Positions 7,851-15,233 of a stretch of 15,233 nucleotides of DNA are shown in pieces. The DNA is from an uncultured Phycisphaerales bacterium (GTDB lineage Bacteria; Planctomycetota; Phycisphaerae; Phycisphaerales; SM1A02). The stretch spans positions 1 to 15,233 of the forward strand of contig CALKEP010000041.1 in NCBI GenBank assembly GCA_938084645.1. The letters are read 5' to 3'. Within the stretch, counting starts at the first letter, position 1. Every line of letters begins with the position of its first letter. The position numbers and the translations under genes are program-made. A model generated the notes under the pieces. It saw only the letters and a program-made list of their open reading frames with translations. It made no database searches and was not told the DNA's origin.

Positions 7851-8396
7851 TCAGAACGCCGGGCCATCCAGGATGACGTCCCCTTCGGGAACGCCCGAGG
7901 CGAGGGGCCGGAGCAGGGCATCGCGCCGGACGGCCGCGGTTCCGTCCGCTTCGATGACGTTCACACGACCGCTCGTCGCGTGGTAACCGCTCGACCCGTA
8001 GATCGCCTCCCGTCCGAACAACATCGCGAGGTCGAAGCCTCGTTCCACGCCGAACGCGTGCGCCACGCCGAGCATCTCCGGGACCAGTCCCACGCCACGA
8101 CTCCCCGGTGCGACGCAGACCTCCGCGATTCCCAGGACGCGCAGGGTGCGAAGACGAGGTCGGATGCCGAATCGGATCGCCAGATCGTGCGCGGCCACGT
8201 GGGCGACCAGACGGTCTTCGAACCGGATCGACCACCGCCACGACGGCGGTTGCGCGTAGTACCGCCTCGTGCGGAAGATCTCGTCGCCGGGTTTCGTGAA
8301 GCACGCCGCCAGGAGTTCCCGAAGCTCCCGGTCGAACGTCGGGTCGACGTCGTCATCCGCGATCCGGACCACGTCCGATCGCTCGGACTCAGCCAC
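7851..8396 (-). CDS. GNAT family N-acetyltransferase (AAC(2')/Eis-like resemblance)
   Basis: Acetyl-CoA motif A (GIAEVCVAPGSRGVGL) and motif B (AMLFG..AIYGSSGY). GTG 8396 was chosen as start because GAAGG lies 9 nt upstream. Alternative starts are at 8423 and 8429. Confidence 0.8.
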   Translation of the reverse strand: MAESERSDVVRIADDDVDPTFDRELRELLAACFTKPGDEIFRTRRYYAQPPSWRWSIRFEDRLVAHVAAHDLAIRFGIRPRLRTLRVLGIAEVCVAPGSRGVGLVPEMLGVAHAFGVERGFDLAMLFGREAIYGSSGYHATSGRVNVIEADGTAAVRRDALLRPLASGVPEGDVILDGPAF

Positions 8397-8459
8397 GACG
8401 ACCGACCTTCGAAGTCGTCTCATCCTCACGGGGCCGCCGTTCGCATGCCGGCCGCATGA

Positions 8460-8924
8460 TCACGCCCTCCCCACCAACGCGTCGCGAAGTCGACGGAGCA
8501 GCGATCCGTCCCTTCCCTCAACGTCCGCCTCCCGGGCGGTGGCGAAATCGTACGCCTCGAAGGGGCCGAGACGCCGCCGCTCCGGATCCTCGACGGCGAA
8601 CCGGGGAATCACGTGCCCGTGGAGTTCGGGAACCTGGTTGCAGAGGACGAGGTAGTTGATCCGCTCCGCGCCGGTCGCCGCGAGCACGGCGTCGCCCAGC
8701 CGGACGAGATCCGTCATGAAGGCGGCCCGGAGGGACTCGTCGAGTTCGTTCACCGAGGCCGCGCCGGGATCGGGAAGCAGCATGCAGCAGCCTTCGATCG
8801 CCTCGGGCTGGCGGTCCCCGAGCACCGCCCAACCGCTCGACATCCGGGCGATGACCCGGGGGTCCTCTTCGCGGCGGATCCGGTCGAGACGTCGTGCGAT
8901 GGGCCCCGGCGTGGTGTCGTTCAT
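8460..8924 (-). CDS. HIT (histidine triad) family nucleotide hydrolase
   Basis: 154 aa with RINYLVLCNQVPELHGHVIPRF, a variant histidine-triad motif. Confidence 0.85.
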   Translation of the reverse strand: MNDTTPGPIARRLDRIRREEDPRVIARMSSGWAVLGDRQPEAIEGCCMLLPDPGAASVNELDESLRAAFMTDLVRLGDAVLAATGAERINYLVLCNQVPELHGHVIPRFAVEDPERRRLGPFEAYDFATAREADVEGRDGSLLRRLRDALVGRA

Positions 8925-8931
8925 CGCACGA

Positions 8932-8937
8932 AAACTA
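8932..8937 (-). promoter_or_regulatory. Putative -10 box TAGTTT for a leaderless HIT transcript
   Basis: The hexamer ends 7 nt before the ATG at 8924 and no SD is present. Confidence 0.5.
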
Positions 8938-8985
8938 CCCGAATGCCCCGTCTCGCGGCGGATCTCCCGCGGCCTTCGACCCGAC

Positions 8986-10824
8986 TCAGATCGGTGGCAC
9001 TCGGTCGGCGAGCACGTGGTAGTGCGGATCCTCGCTGATGTCGACCTCGACCAGGTCCCCCGCCCGATCGAGCAGGCGCCGGCAGTCCTCGCTCAGGTGC
9101 CGGAGGTGGAGACGCTTTCCGAGCGCCTGGTACCGCTCCGCGAGATTGTTGATCGCCTCGAGCCCGGACTGGTCGTACACCCGGCTGAAGTAGAAGTCGA
9201 TCACGATCTCGTCGGGATCGTCCTGCGGGCTGAAGAGATCACGGAATCGCGTGACCGTGCCGAAGAACAGGACGCCGTGCAGCTGGTAGACCTTCTGATC
9301 CTCGTCGTCGATGGTGACGTCGGCGATGAGATGCTTGCTCTTGTTCCACGCGAAGACCAGGGCCGACAACGCGACACCGAGAATGACCGCGGTCGCCAGA
9401 TCGTGCATGAACACGGTGTACATCGCGACCACCAGCATGATCAGCACTTCGGGGAACGGGATGCGACGCCAGGTCTGCAGCGTCGTCCATTCGAATGTCC
9501 CGATGACCACCATGAACATCACGCCGACCAGCGCCGCCATCGGCACCGCCTCGATCCACGGCGCGAGGAAGAGGATGAAGAGGAGCAGCGTCACCGCCGC
9601 CGTCACGCCGGAGAGTCGGCCGCGGCCTCCGGACTTCACGTTGATCAAAGACTGTCCGATCATCGCACAGCCGCCCATGCCGCCGAACAGACCACACGCG
9701 ACGTTCGCGACACCCTGCCCCACGCACTCGCGGTTGCCGTTGCCGCGGGTCTCGGTCAGTTCGTCGATCAGCGTCAGGGTCATGAGCGATTCGATCAACC
9801 CGACGCCTGCGAGGATCAACGAATACGGCAGGATGATCCAGAGCGTCGCGAGCGTGAACGGCGGCAGGGTGAAGTCCCACCACGCCGGACGAGGGAGACC
9901 GCCTGCGATGCCCACCGCCGCGACGTCGACCGACGCGATCACCTCCGCACGTTCCGCGTCGGTGAGTGGCGCAATCGGAACGCTCGGATCCGGAACGACC
10001 TCGATGCCTGCGGGAAGCCCCGCCCGGGTCGACGCGAGCATCACGAGGTCCTTCTCCCGCTGGGCCTCCTGGACCGCCGCGGCCACCGTGCTGTCCACCA
10101 GCATGTCGCCCACGGTCAGCATCGGTCGGGCCGGTTCTCCGGGTCCGCCGTCTTCGACGACCGAACGCTCGACCCCCGTGCCGTTGATGAAGAACGCCGC
10201 CAGCGAGACCACGAGGATGGCGGCCAGCGAAGACGGAATCGCCTTGGTGAATCGCGGAAGGAACGCGATGATCGCCATCGTCGCCACCACCATGCCCAGC
10301 ATCAGCCAGAGCCGACCGCCGGACAGGAACGCCATGGTCCCCTCCGCGTCCAGCGTCTTGAAACTGCCGAGCTGCGCGAGCAGGATCACCACCGCGAGCC
10401 CGTTGACGAATCCGAGGATCACGGGATGCGGGACGATCCGGATGAACTTGCCCATCCGGAGCAATCCCACCGTGACCTGGATCAGTCCGCAGAGGACGAC
10501 CGCGGGAAAGAGGAATCCGATCCCGTACTGGGCCACCAGCGAGACGACGACGACCCCCATCGCGCCGGTCGCTCCCGAGATCATGCCGGGTCGTCCACCG
10601 AGCACCGACGTGATCAGACAGATGATGAAGGCTGCGTAGAGCCCCACCAGGGGAGGCACCCCGGCGAGGAACGCGAAGGCCACGGCTTCCGGCACCAGGG
10701 CGAGCGCGACCGTCATGCCGGAAAGGATGTCGGCCTTGAAGGAACCGCTCGAGCCCGATCGAAGATCCAGTTCGCGGTGACCGAAGCGAAGAAACGGAGG
10801 AAGGTGAATGGTGAACTGGGACAT
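8986..10824 (-). CDS. SulP (SLC26) family inorganic anion transporter with C-terminal STAS domain
   Basis: [62 protein letters not shown] and a STAS domain ([18 protein letters not shown]). ATG 10824 (612 aa) is preferred because the 82 upstream in-frame codons are not SulP-like and overlap a promoter. The substrate (sulfate, bicarbonate or dicarboxylate) cannot be determined. Confidence 0.93.
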   Translation of the reverse strand: MSQFTIHLPPFLRFGHRELDLRSGSSGSFKADILSGMTVALALVPEAVAFAFLAGVPPLVGLYAAFIICLITSVLGGRPGMISGATGAMGVVVVSLVAQYGIGFLFPAVVLCGLIQVTVGLLRMGKFIRIVPHPVILGFVNGLAVVILLAQLGSFKTLDAEGTMAFLSGGRLWLMLGMVVATMAIIAFLPRFTKAIPSSLAAILVVSLAAFFINGTGVERSVVEDGGPGEPARPMLTVGDMLVDSTVAAAVQEAQREKDLVMLASTRAGLPAGIEVVPDPSVPIAPLTDAERAEVIASVDVAAVGIAGGLPRPAWWDFTLPPFTLATLWIILPYSLILAGVGLIESLMTLTLIDELTETRGNGNRECVGQGVANVACGLFGGMGGCAMIGQSLINVKSGGRGRLSGVTAAVTLLLFILFLAPWIEAVPMAALVGVMFMVVIGTFEWTTLQTWRRIPFPEVLIMLVVAMYTVFMHDLATAVILGVALSALVFAWNKSKHLIADVTIDDEDQKVYQLHGVLFFGTVTRFRDLFSPQDDPDEIVIDFYFSRVYDQSGLEAINNLAERYQALGKRLHLRHLSEDCRRLLDRAGDLVEVDISEDPHYHVLADRVPPI

Positions 10825-11038
10825 GGTGGGAATCGTGCGAAGACTGGTCTCGCCACGCCCCCGGACGAGGAACGTGGACGGTCCGGACCGGAGCGGATTC
10901 CGATCCATCGGGTGGAACGTGGATTGAGGAGGGCGATTCGGTTCGCCGTCGCGAGCAGGAGATTCGGATCGCGACGAAACGGGAATTCGGATCGCGAACG
11001 CGATGCCGGGCAAGCCAGTCACAGGAACCGAGCCCCGC

Positions 11039-11067
11039 ATGGTAGTCGCTACCGCGAGTGGGAACAA
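11039..11067 (-). promoter_or_regulatory. Putative sigma70 promoter of sulP: TTGTTC-N17-TACCAT
   Basis: The -35 is at 11062-11067 and the -10 at 11039-11044, with exactly 17-nt spacing. The predicted TSS is near 11032. Confidence 0.6.
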
Positions 11068-11240
11068 CACTCGACACGGTGGTCGCGACGCGACGGCGTG
11101 GTCACGATAAATCCCCGTGGGATCGCTTCGAGGCCGTGACTCGAGTTGACGAGATCGCGCCTCGGGCCGTGATCAGAGGAAGCTCGGACGAACGGTCCAC
11201 GACGTCGCCGACGCCGGATCGAAACTCGCGGGATCGACCA

Positions 11241-12500
11241 TCAGGGCCGATCCGAACCCTCGGCCCGGCCGTTCAGTTCCGTCCGGAGCGCTTCCACGTC
11301 CGCCGCGTCGATCTGCGGCGGATGGTCGCGCCACGCCTCTCCGGTCAGGATGTCGCTTCGCCCGCGTTCGAACAACGCCTTCATGTGGACCGGATCGAAC
11401 GGCTCCGACGGCTGGACGTCGAAGTCGAAGGGAATCGACGCGAGGCGGAAGTCGAATCCGTCCCGGATCGCCGTAATCCAGATCCGATAGAGATCTCCGA
11501 TGCCGTTGCTGCGGATCAGGCCGGAGATCGAGCGTCCCGCGATGTCGAAGAGCGATCTCGGCACCTGCTCGTACCGGAACACGAGGGGCGCGTTGCGAAT
11601 CACCCAGACCGTGGGCCTTCCTCTGCGATCGTCACCGAGCACTTCGGATTCACGGAGCCGAAGCGCGACGGGATAGGTGAAGACCTGGGCCGAGACCCCG
11701 CCGTCGACGTGCATTTCGTCGTAGGTGCGCCCATCCGAAGCGACCACCTCGATCATCACGGGCGGGAATACCCCGGGGATGGAAGCGGAAGCGAGAATGA
11801 TGTCGAGGGCGAGCTGGCGTCCACCGGGCAGGTCCTCGGCCGCGATCGCGCTGAGGCACCAGTAGGACGGCTCCATGCGGTCGAGATTGGTGGTCCCGAC
11901 GAAGAGGCGCCTTCCCTTGAGATGCTCCTCCCCCATCCGGCGATACGCCTTCTCGTCGAACTGCGTGGAGAGCATCTCGCGAAGCCCGTCCGGATCGCTC
12001 AACGCGTCACTGCCGAGACCCTCGAGGAGCCCGCGGTCGGTGACGAGTTCGCTGGTGCTCAGCGTGGTGTAGCAGGTCTTGAGTTGCTCGTCGTAGTCGG
12101 ATCCGAGGAATGCGAACGGAGCCGTGAGGGCCCCGGTCGAAACGCCAGTGACGACGTTGAAGGTCGGCCGGGTTCCCAACTCGGACCAGCCGCAGAGAAG
12201 TCCGGCACCGTACGCGCCGTTCTCACCGCCGCCCGAGATCGCGAGCACCTCGATCGGGGCTCGGTCCAGGCCGCTGGCCTTCATCTGGTCGATCAGACGT
12301 CCCACCCGATCCCGCCCCCCCGGCCCCGCGGGCGGCAGATCGTCGTCCCGGGTGATTCGCCACGACTCCATCCCCGGAGGCGACGCGTCCCGGATGTGCT
12401 CCTTGGGCACGGCGTTTCGCTTCGGCGTGGAACAACCGATGGCGACGACACCGACGGACATCACGGCCAACGAAGTGACGATCGACTGGATCCGAAGCAT
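11241..12500 (-). CDS. Patatin-like phospholipase/acyl hydrolase, predicted lipoprotein
   Basis: Oxyanion motif SGGGENGAYGAG, nucleophile elbow GVSTG, ASASIPG.FPP and catalytic DGG. Lipobox-like AIG-C. ATG 12500 has GGAGA 10 nt upstream. Confidence 0.92.
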   Translation of the reverse strand: MLRIQSIVTSLAVMSVGVVAIGCSTPKRNAVPKEHIRDASPPGMESWRITRDDDLPPAGPGGRDRVGRLIDQMKASGLDRAPIEVLAISGGGENGAYGAGLLCGWSELGTRPTFNVVTGVSTGALTAPFAFLGSDYDEQLKTCYTTLSTSELVTDRGLLEGLGSDALSDPDGLREMLSTQFDEKAYRRMGEEHLKGRRLFVGTTNLDRMEPSYWCLSAIAAEDLPGGRQLALDIILASASIPGVFPPVMIEVVASDGRTYDEMHVDGGVSAQVFTYPVALRLRESEVLGDDRRGRPTVWVIRNAPLVFRYEQVPRSLFDIAGRSISGLIRSNGIGDLYRIWITAIRDGFDFRLASIPFDFDVQPSEPFDPVHMKALFERGRSDILTGEAWRDHPPQIDAADVEALRTELNGRAEGSDRP

Positions 12501-12555
12501 GATTCTCAAGTCTCCAGGAAGAAGGAAGGCGACGCGGATGCGTCAGGTGTCTCAC

Positions 12556-13557
12556 TCAGTTTCGATCCGGGAACACTTGTTCCCAGTCGCGTTTCATGTC
12601 GATGACCGGCCAGGACCGGACCGCCGCCGCGTCGAGCCCCCGGTCCAACCCCCCGATCTTCGATCCACGATCGTACGCCCATTCGCGGATCTCGTCGGTG
12701 TGGTGCACGTAGACGCAGAGGGTCGGACCGTCTCCGCCGGCCGTCCACTCGAGCATCGCGAGGTCGCCGTCCGAGTTTCCGAAGGCCGCGACGGGACGAC
12801 GCCCGATCGCCCGGTGGATGCCGATCACCTTCTGCGGGCCGTCGTTGAGGGTCTCGAGACCGGGCATTCGAACCAGGACGCCACCCTCCGGGGTCGATCG
12901 ATGTTCGAGTTCGATCTCCGAACCGATCACCCGACCGGGAGGGATCCCGTAGGTCTCCTCGGCGAAGACCCGCATGAAATCGGCACCGCCTCCGGAGACG
13001 ATCCAGTTCGAAAATCCGTTTCGCTCGAGGTAGGCCAGCAGCTCGATCATCGGCTGGTAGACCATCGCCGGATACGGCCGGTCGGTGACCGGATGACGCG
13101 CTTCGCGGATCCACGTCTCGGCGGCCACCTCGAATTCCGCGGTGGTCGTCCCCGAATGCGTGGCGAGGAGAAACTCCAGGAGTCCGGCGTGTCCGGACTC
13201 GAGAAAATCGATCGCCTCGCCGTCGATCGCGGTCTGGAACGGCTCGCGCGTCGCGAGTTCCGGGTTCTCGTCCACGAGATCCCTCATCCGTTCGAGCGCG
13301 AAGTCGAACTGGAAGTAGATCGGCTGCTCCGCCCAGAGCGTTCCGTCGTTGTCGAAGACCGCGACCCGATCGGCCTCGGCCAGGAAGTCGGGTCCGTTCG
13401 GATCGGTCGTTCGCTCGACGAAGTCGATGATCGCGGTGCGTGCCGCGGCATCCCGCCAGGACGGGAGTGGATCGGCGGCACGCTCGGGGACCGCCGTGCA
13501 GCCCCCGATGACCGGGAGAAGCAGACAGGCTGCGAGGATCGTGGCGAGGGGATGCAT
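12556..13557 (-). CDS. HAD superfamily hydrolase (putative non-specific acid phosphatase), predicted lipoprotein
   Basis: Motif I FDNDGTLW, motif II IVSGG, Lys in DGPQK and motif IV GNSDGD. Lipobox-like IGG-C. Confidence 0.9.
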   Translation of the reverse strand: MHPLATILAACLLLPVIGGCTAVPERAADPLPSWRDAAARTAIIDFVERTTDPNGPDFLAEADRVAVFDNDGTLWAEQPIYFQFDFALERMRDLVDENPELATREPFQTAIDGEAIDFLESGHAGLLEFLLATHSGTTTAEFEVAAETWIREARHPVTDRPYPAMVYQPMIELLAYLERNGFSNWIVSGGGADFMRVFAEETYGIPPGRVIGSEIELEHRSTPEGGVLVRMPGLETLNDGPQKVIGIHRAIGRRPVAAFGNSDGDLAMLEWTAGGDGPTLCVYVHHTDEIREWAYDRGSKIGGLDRGLDAAAVRSWPVIDMKRDWEQVFPDRN

Positions 13558-13587
13558 GGGGTCCTGGACTCCGATTTCGTGCGTAGG

Positions 13588-13593
13588 AAGATA
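13588..13593 (-). promoter_or_regulatory. Putative -10 box TATCTT
   Basis: TAnnnT hexamer between the post-sulfatase hairpin and the HAD start, 30 nt upstream of the ATG. Confidence 0.4.
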
Positions 13594-13605
13594 ACGGCAC
13601 GGGCG

Positions 13606-13649
13606 GGAAATGACAGGCCGCGTCGCGAGGAGTTTCGCGACGCGGCCTG
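13606..13649 (-). terminator. Strong hairpin after the arylsulfatase (terminator or mRNA stabiliser)
   Basis: Perfect 15-bp inverted repeat CAGGCCGCGTCGCGA (13614-13628) / TCGCGACGCGGCCTG (13635-13649) with a 6-nt loop. On the - strand it is followed by UCAUUUCC. Confidence 0.75.
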
Positions 13650-13689
13650 CCTTGATGGTCGAGTCGGACTGACGTCCGGACGCATAACG

Positions 13690-15233
13690 TCAGTTACTGG
13701 CGCCGAGGCTTTCCTGGAGCCGTTCCATCACCTGATCGATTCCGAAACTCGCGGCCTTCATGCGGGGCGGATAGTCCTTGAAGGTCTCGAGGAAGCGTCC
13801 CACGTAGGCCTGGGCCGGAACCAGGAGGTAGACCCGGTCGATGAACCAGTCGTCGTAGGTGTTCGAGGTCTTCTGGGCTCGTTCGAACGGATCACGCCGG
13901 AGATTGAAGAGCAGCGGGACCCGCAGCGGAACGAAGGGCTCCCGCCAGGCCTGGAAGCCGTCTTCGGCCCGTTGCTCGAGGAAGATCGCCTTCCAGTCCC
14001 CGTAGCGAAGCGCGGTGAGATCCCCGTCGTCGGAGAAGTAGAAGATCTCCTTCCGCGGCGACTCGGCGGCCTCGCCCTTCAGAAGCGGCAGGACGTTGTA
14101 CCCATCGAGGTGGACCTTGTAGTCCCGACCGGCCGAAGTCGATTCGTATCCCTCGAGCAGTTCCGACTTGACGTCGTCGTTGCCGGCCGCGGCCACGAAC
14201 GTGGGGAGCCAGTCCATGTGGTGCACGATCTCATTGGTGCACGACCCCGCTTCGATGACGCTCGGCCATCGGACGAAGCACGGAACCCGCCAGCCGCCCT
14301 CCCAGTTGGTGTTCTTCTCGCCCCGGAACGGGGTCATGCCCGCGTCCGGCCAGGTGTTCATGTGGGGCCCGTTGTCGGTCGAGTACATGACGAGGGTGTC
14401 GTCGGCGATGCCGAGCTCGTCGAGGAGATCCAGGAACAGCCCGATGTGCATGTCGTGCTCGACCATGCCGTCGGAATACTCGTCCTGACCGCTGATACCT
14501 CGAAGCTCGTCCTTCACGTGCGTGCGGAAGTGCATTCGAGTGCCGTTCCACCAGCAGAACCAGGGCTTGCCGGCCGCATGCTGTTCGCGGATCCACGCCA
14601 GCGCCCGAGCGCTGCTCTCGTCGTCGATGGTCTCCATCCGCTTCTTGGTGAGCGGGCCGGTGTCCTCCACCCGGTGCGTTCCGTCCGGCATCATCCGGGA
14701 GTGGATGACGCCGCGCGGGCCGAACGCCTCCTGGAAGGTGCGTCCGTCGCGGAGTTCCATGTCGGTGGGATAATCCTCGTTCTCGGGCTCCTCCTCGGCG
14801 TTGAGGTGATAGAGGTTGCCCATGAACTCGTCGAAACCGTGGGCCGTCGGCAGATGCCGATCCTGGTCGCCGAGGTGGTTCTTGCCGAACTGGCCGGTCG
14901 CGTAGCCCTGATCCTTGAGGAGGCGCGCGATCGTCGGGTCCTCCGCGCTGGATCCCAGTTCAGCGCCGGGAAGGCCGACCTTGCTGAGCCCGCTTCGGAA
15001 GACGCTCTGACCGAGAATGAAGGACGCGCGGCCCGCGGTGCACGACTGTTCCGCGTAGTAGTCGGTGAATCGCATCCCCTCGCGGGCGATGCGATCGATG
15101 TTCACCGTTCGATACCCCATCATTCCGTTGCTGTTCGCACTGATGTTGGTGGTGCCGATGTCATCGCCCCAGAGGACGAGGATGTTCGGCTTGTCCGCCG
15201 CGTGGGACGAGGTGGCGAACGTGGCGAGCATCG
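13690..15233 (-). CDS. Formylglycine-dependent (S1) arylsulfatase, AslA-like; 5' end (signal peptide) runs off the window
   Basis: KPNILVLWGDDIG, SCTAGRAS (CxAxR), GYATGQFGKNHLGD, TDNG, GEKNTNWEGGWRVP and LFNLRRDPFE. The visible N-terminus (…SSHA-ADK) is the tail of a signal peptide. Confidence 0.95.
   Translation of the reverse strand, partial: MLATFATSSHAADKPNILVLWGDDIGTTNISANSNGMMGYRTVNIDRIAREGMRFTDYYAEQSCTAGRASFILGQSVFRSGLSKVGLPGAELGSSAEDPTIARLLKDQGYATGQFGKNHLGDQDRHLPTAHGFDEFMGNLYHLNAEEEPENEDYPTDMELRDGRTFQEAFGPRGVIHSRMMPDGTHRVEDTGPLTKKRMETIDDESSARALAWIREQHAAGKPWFCWWNGTRMHFRTHVKDELRGISGQDEYSDGMVEHDMHIGLFLDLLDELGIADDTLVMYSTDNGPHMNTWPDAGMTPFRGEKNTNWEGGWRVPCFVRWPSVIEAGSCTNEIVHHMDWLPTFVAAAGNDDVKSELLEGYESTSAGRDYKVHLDGYNVLPLLKGEAAESPRKEIFYFSDDGDLTALRYGDWKAIFLEQRAEDGFQAWREPFVPLRVPLLFNLRRDPFERAQKTSNTYDDWFIDRVYLLVPAQAYVGRFLETFKDYPPRMKAASFGIDQVMERLQESLGASN

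Noticed and set aside
10932..10947. GGCGATTCGGTTCGCC resembles the 5' part of a fluoride (crcB) riboswitch
   Set aside because: It is on the wrong strand for sulP, the GAUGG core is altered, and the downstream pseudoknot partner is absent.
10869..10997. Short direct repeats as a possible mini-CRISPR array
   Set aside because: The repeats are only 10-13 nt, of two different types, irregularly spaced, and there are no cas genes.
10825..11070. 82-aa in-frame N-terminal extension of SulP in the ORF track
   Set aside because: It is not SulP-like, is low complexity, and starts within a well-spaced sigma70 promoter. It is better read as 5' leader, though translation is not formally excluded.
8656..11139. 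827-aa + strand ORF, and similar long ORFs at 1870-3798, 3215-5275, 4815-6305, 6511-7986 and 11058-12605
   Set aside because: They are antisense shadows of well-supported genes, Arg/His-rich with no motifs. Such ORFs are expected from high-GC codon bias.
12531..12544. Small hairpin GACGC-GGAT-GCGTC with a pyrimidine tract between HAD and patatin
   Set aside because: A 5-bp stem with a C-interrupted tract is too weak to call a terminator.
2..15233. All 11 genes end in TGA (possible recoding or selenocysteine)
   Set aside because: This is normal for high-GC genomes. The proteins end at expected family lengths and have no in-frame TGA at catalytic positions.

Overview
High-GC bacterial window with 11 protein-coding genes and no tRNA, rRNA, CRISPR array or mobile element. 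The style, with many exported hydrolases and a Tat-exported TIM barrel, suggests Planctomycetota, but that is inference only. The + strand carries an RhlE-type DEAD-box RNA helicase with a long basic disordered tail and a Uup-type ABC-F ATPase. Nine genes on the - strand converge on them. From right to left they are: a 5'-truncated arylsulfatase, a HAD phosphatase lipoprotein, a patatin lipoprotein, a SulP/STAS anion transporter, a HIT protein, a GNAT, an exported TlpA-like thioredoxin with a Met-rich N-domain, an exported Shewanella-like metallophosphatase and a Tat-exported isomerase/epimerase-family TIM barrel. The best leads are (1) a ~207-nt repeat-containing structured leader and a palindrome-covered promoter ahead of sulP, (2) competing or pseudoknot-like RNA stems at the Uup ribosome-binding site, (3) a candidate sulfatase-phosphatase-lipase-anion transporter scavenging module, and (4) the Met-rich thioredoxin fusion. 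None of these can be confirmed as novel from the sequence alone.
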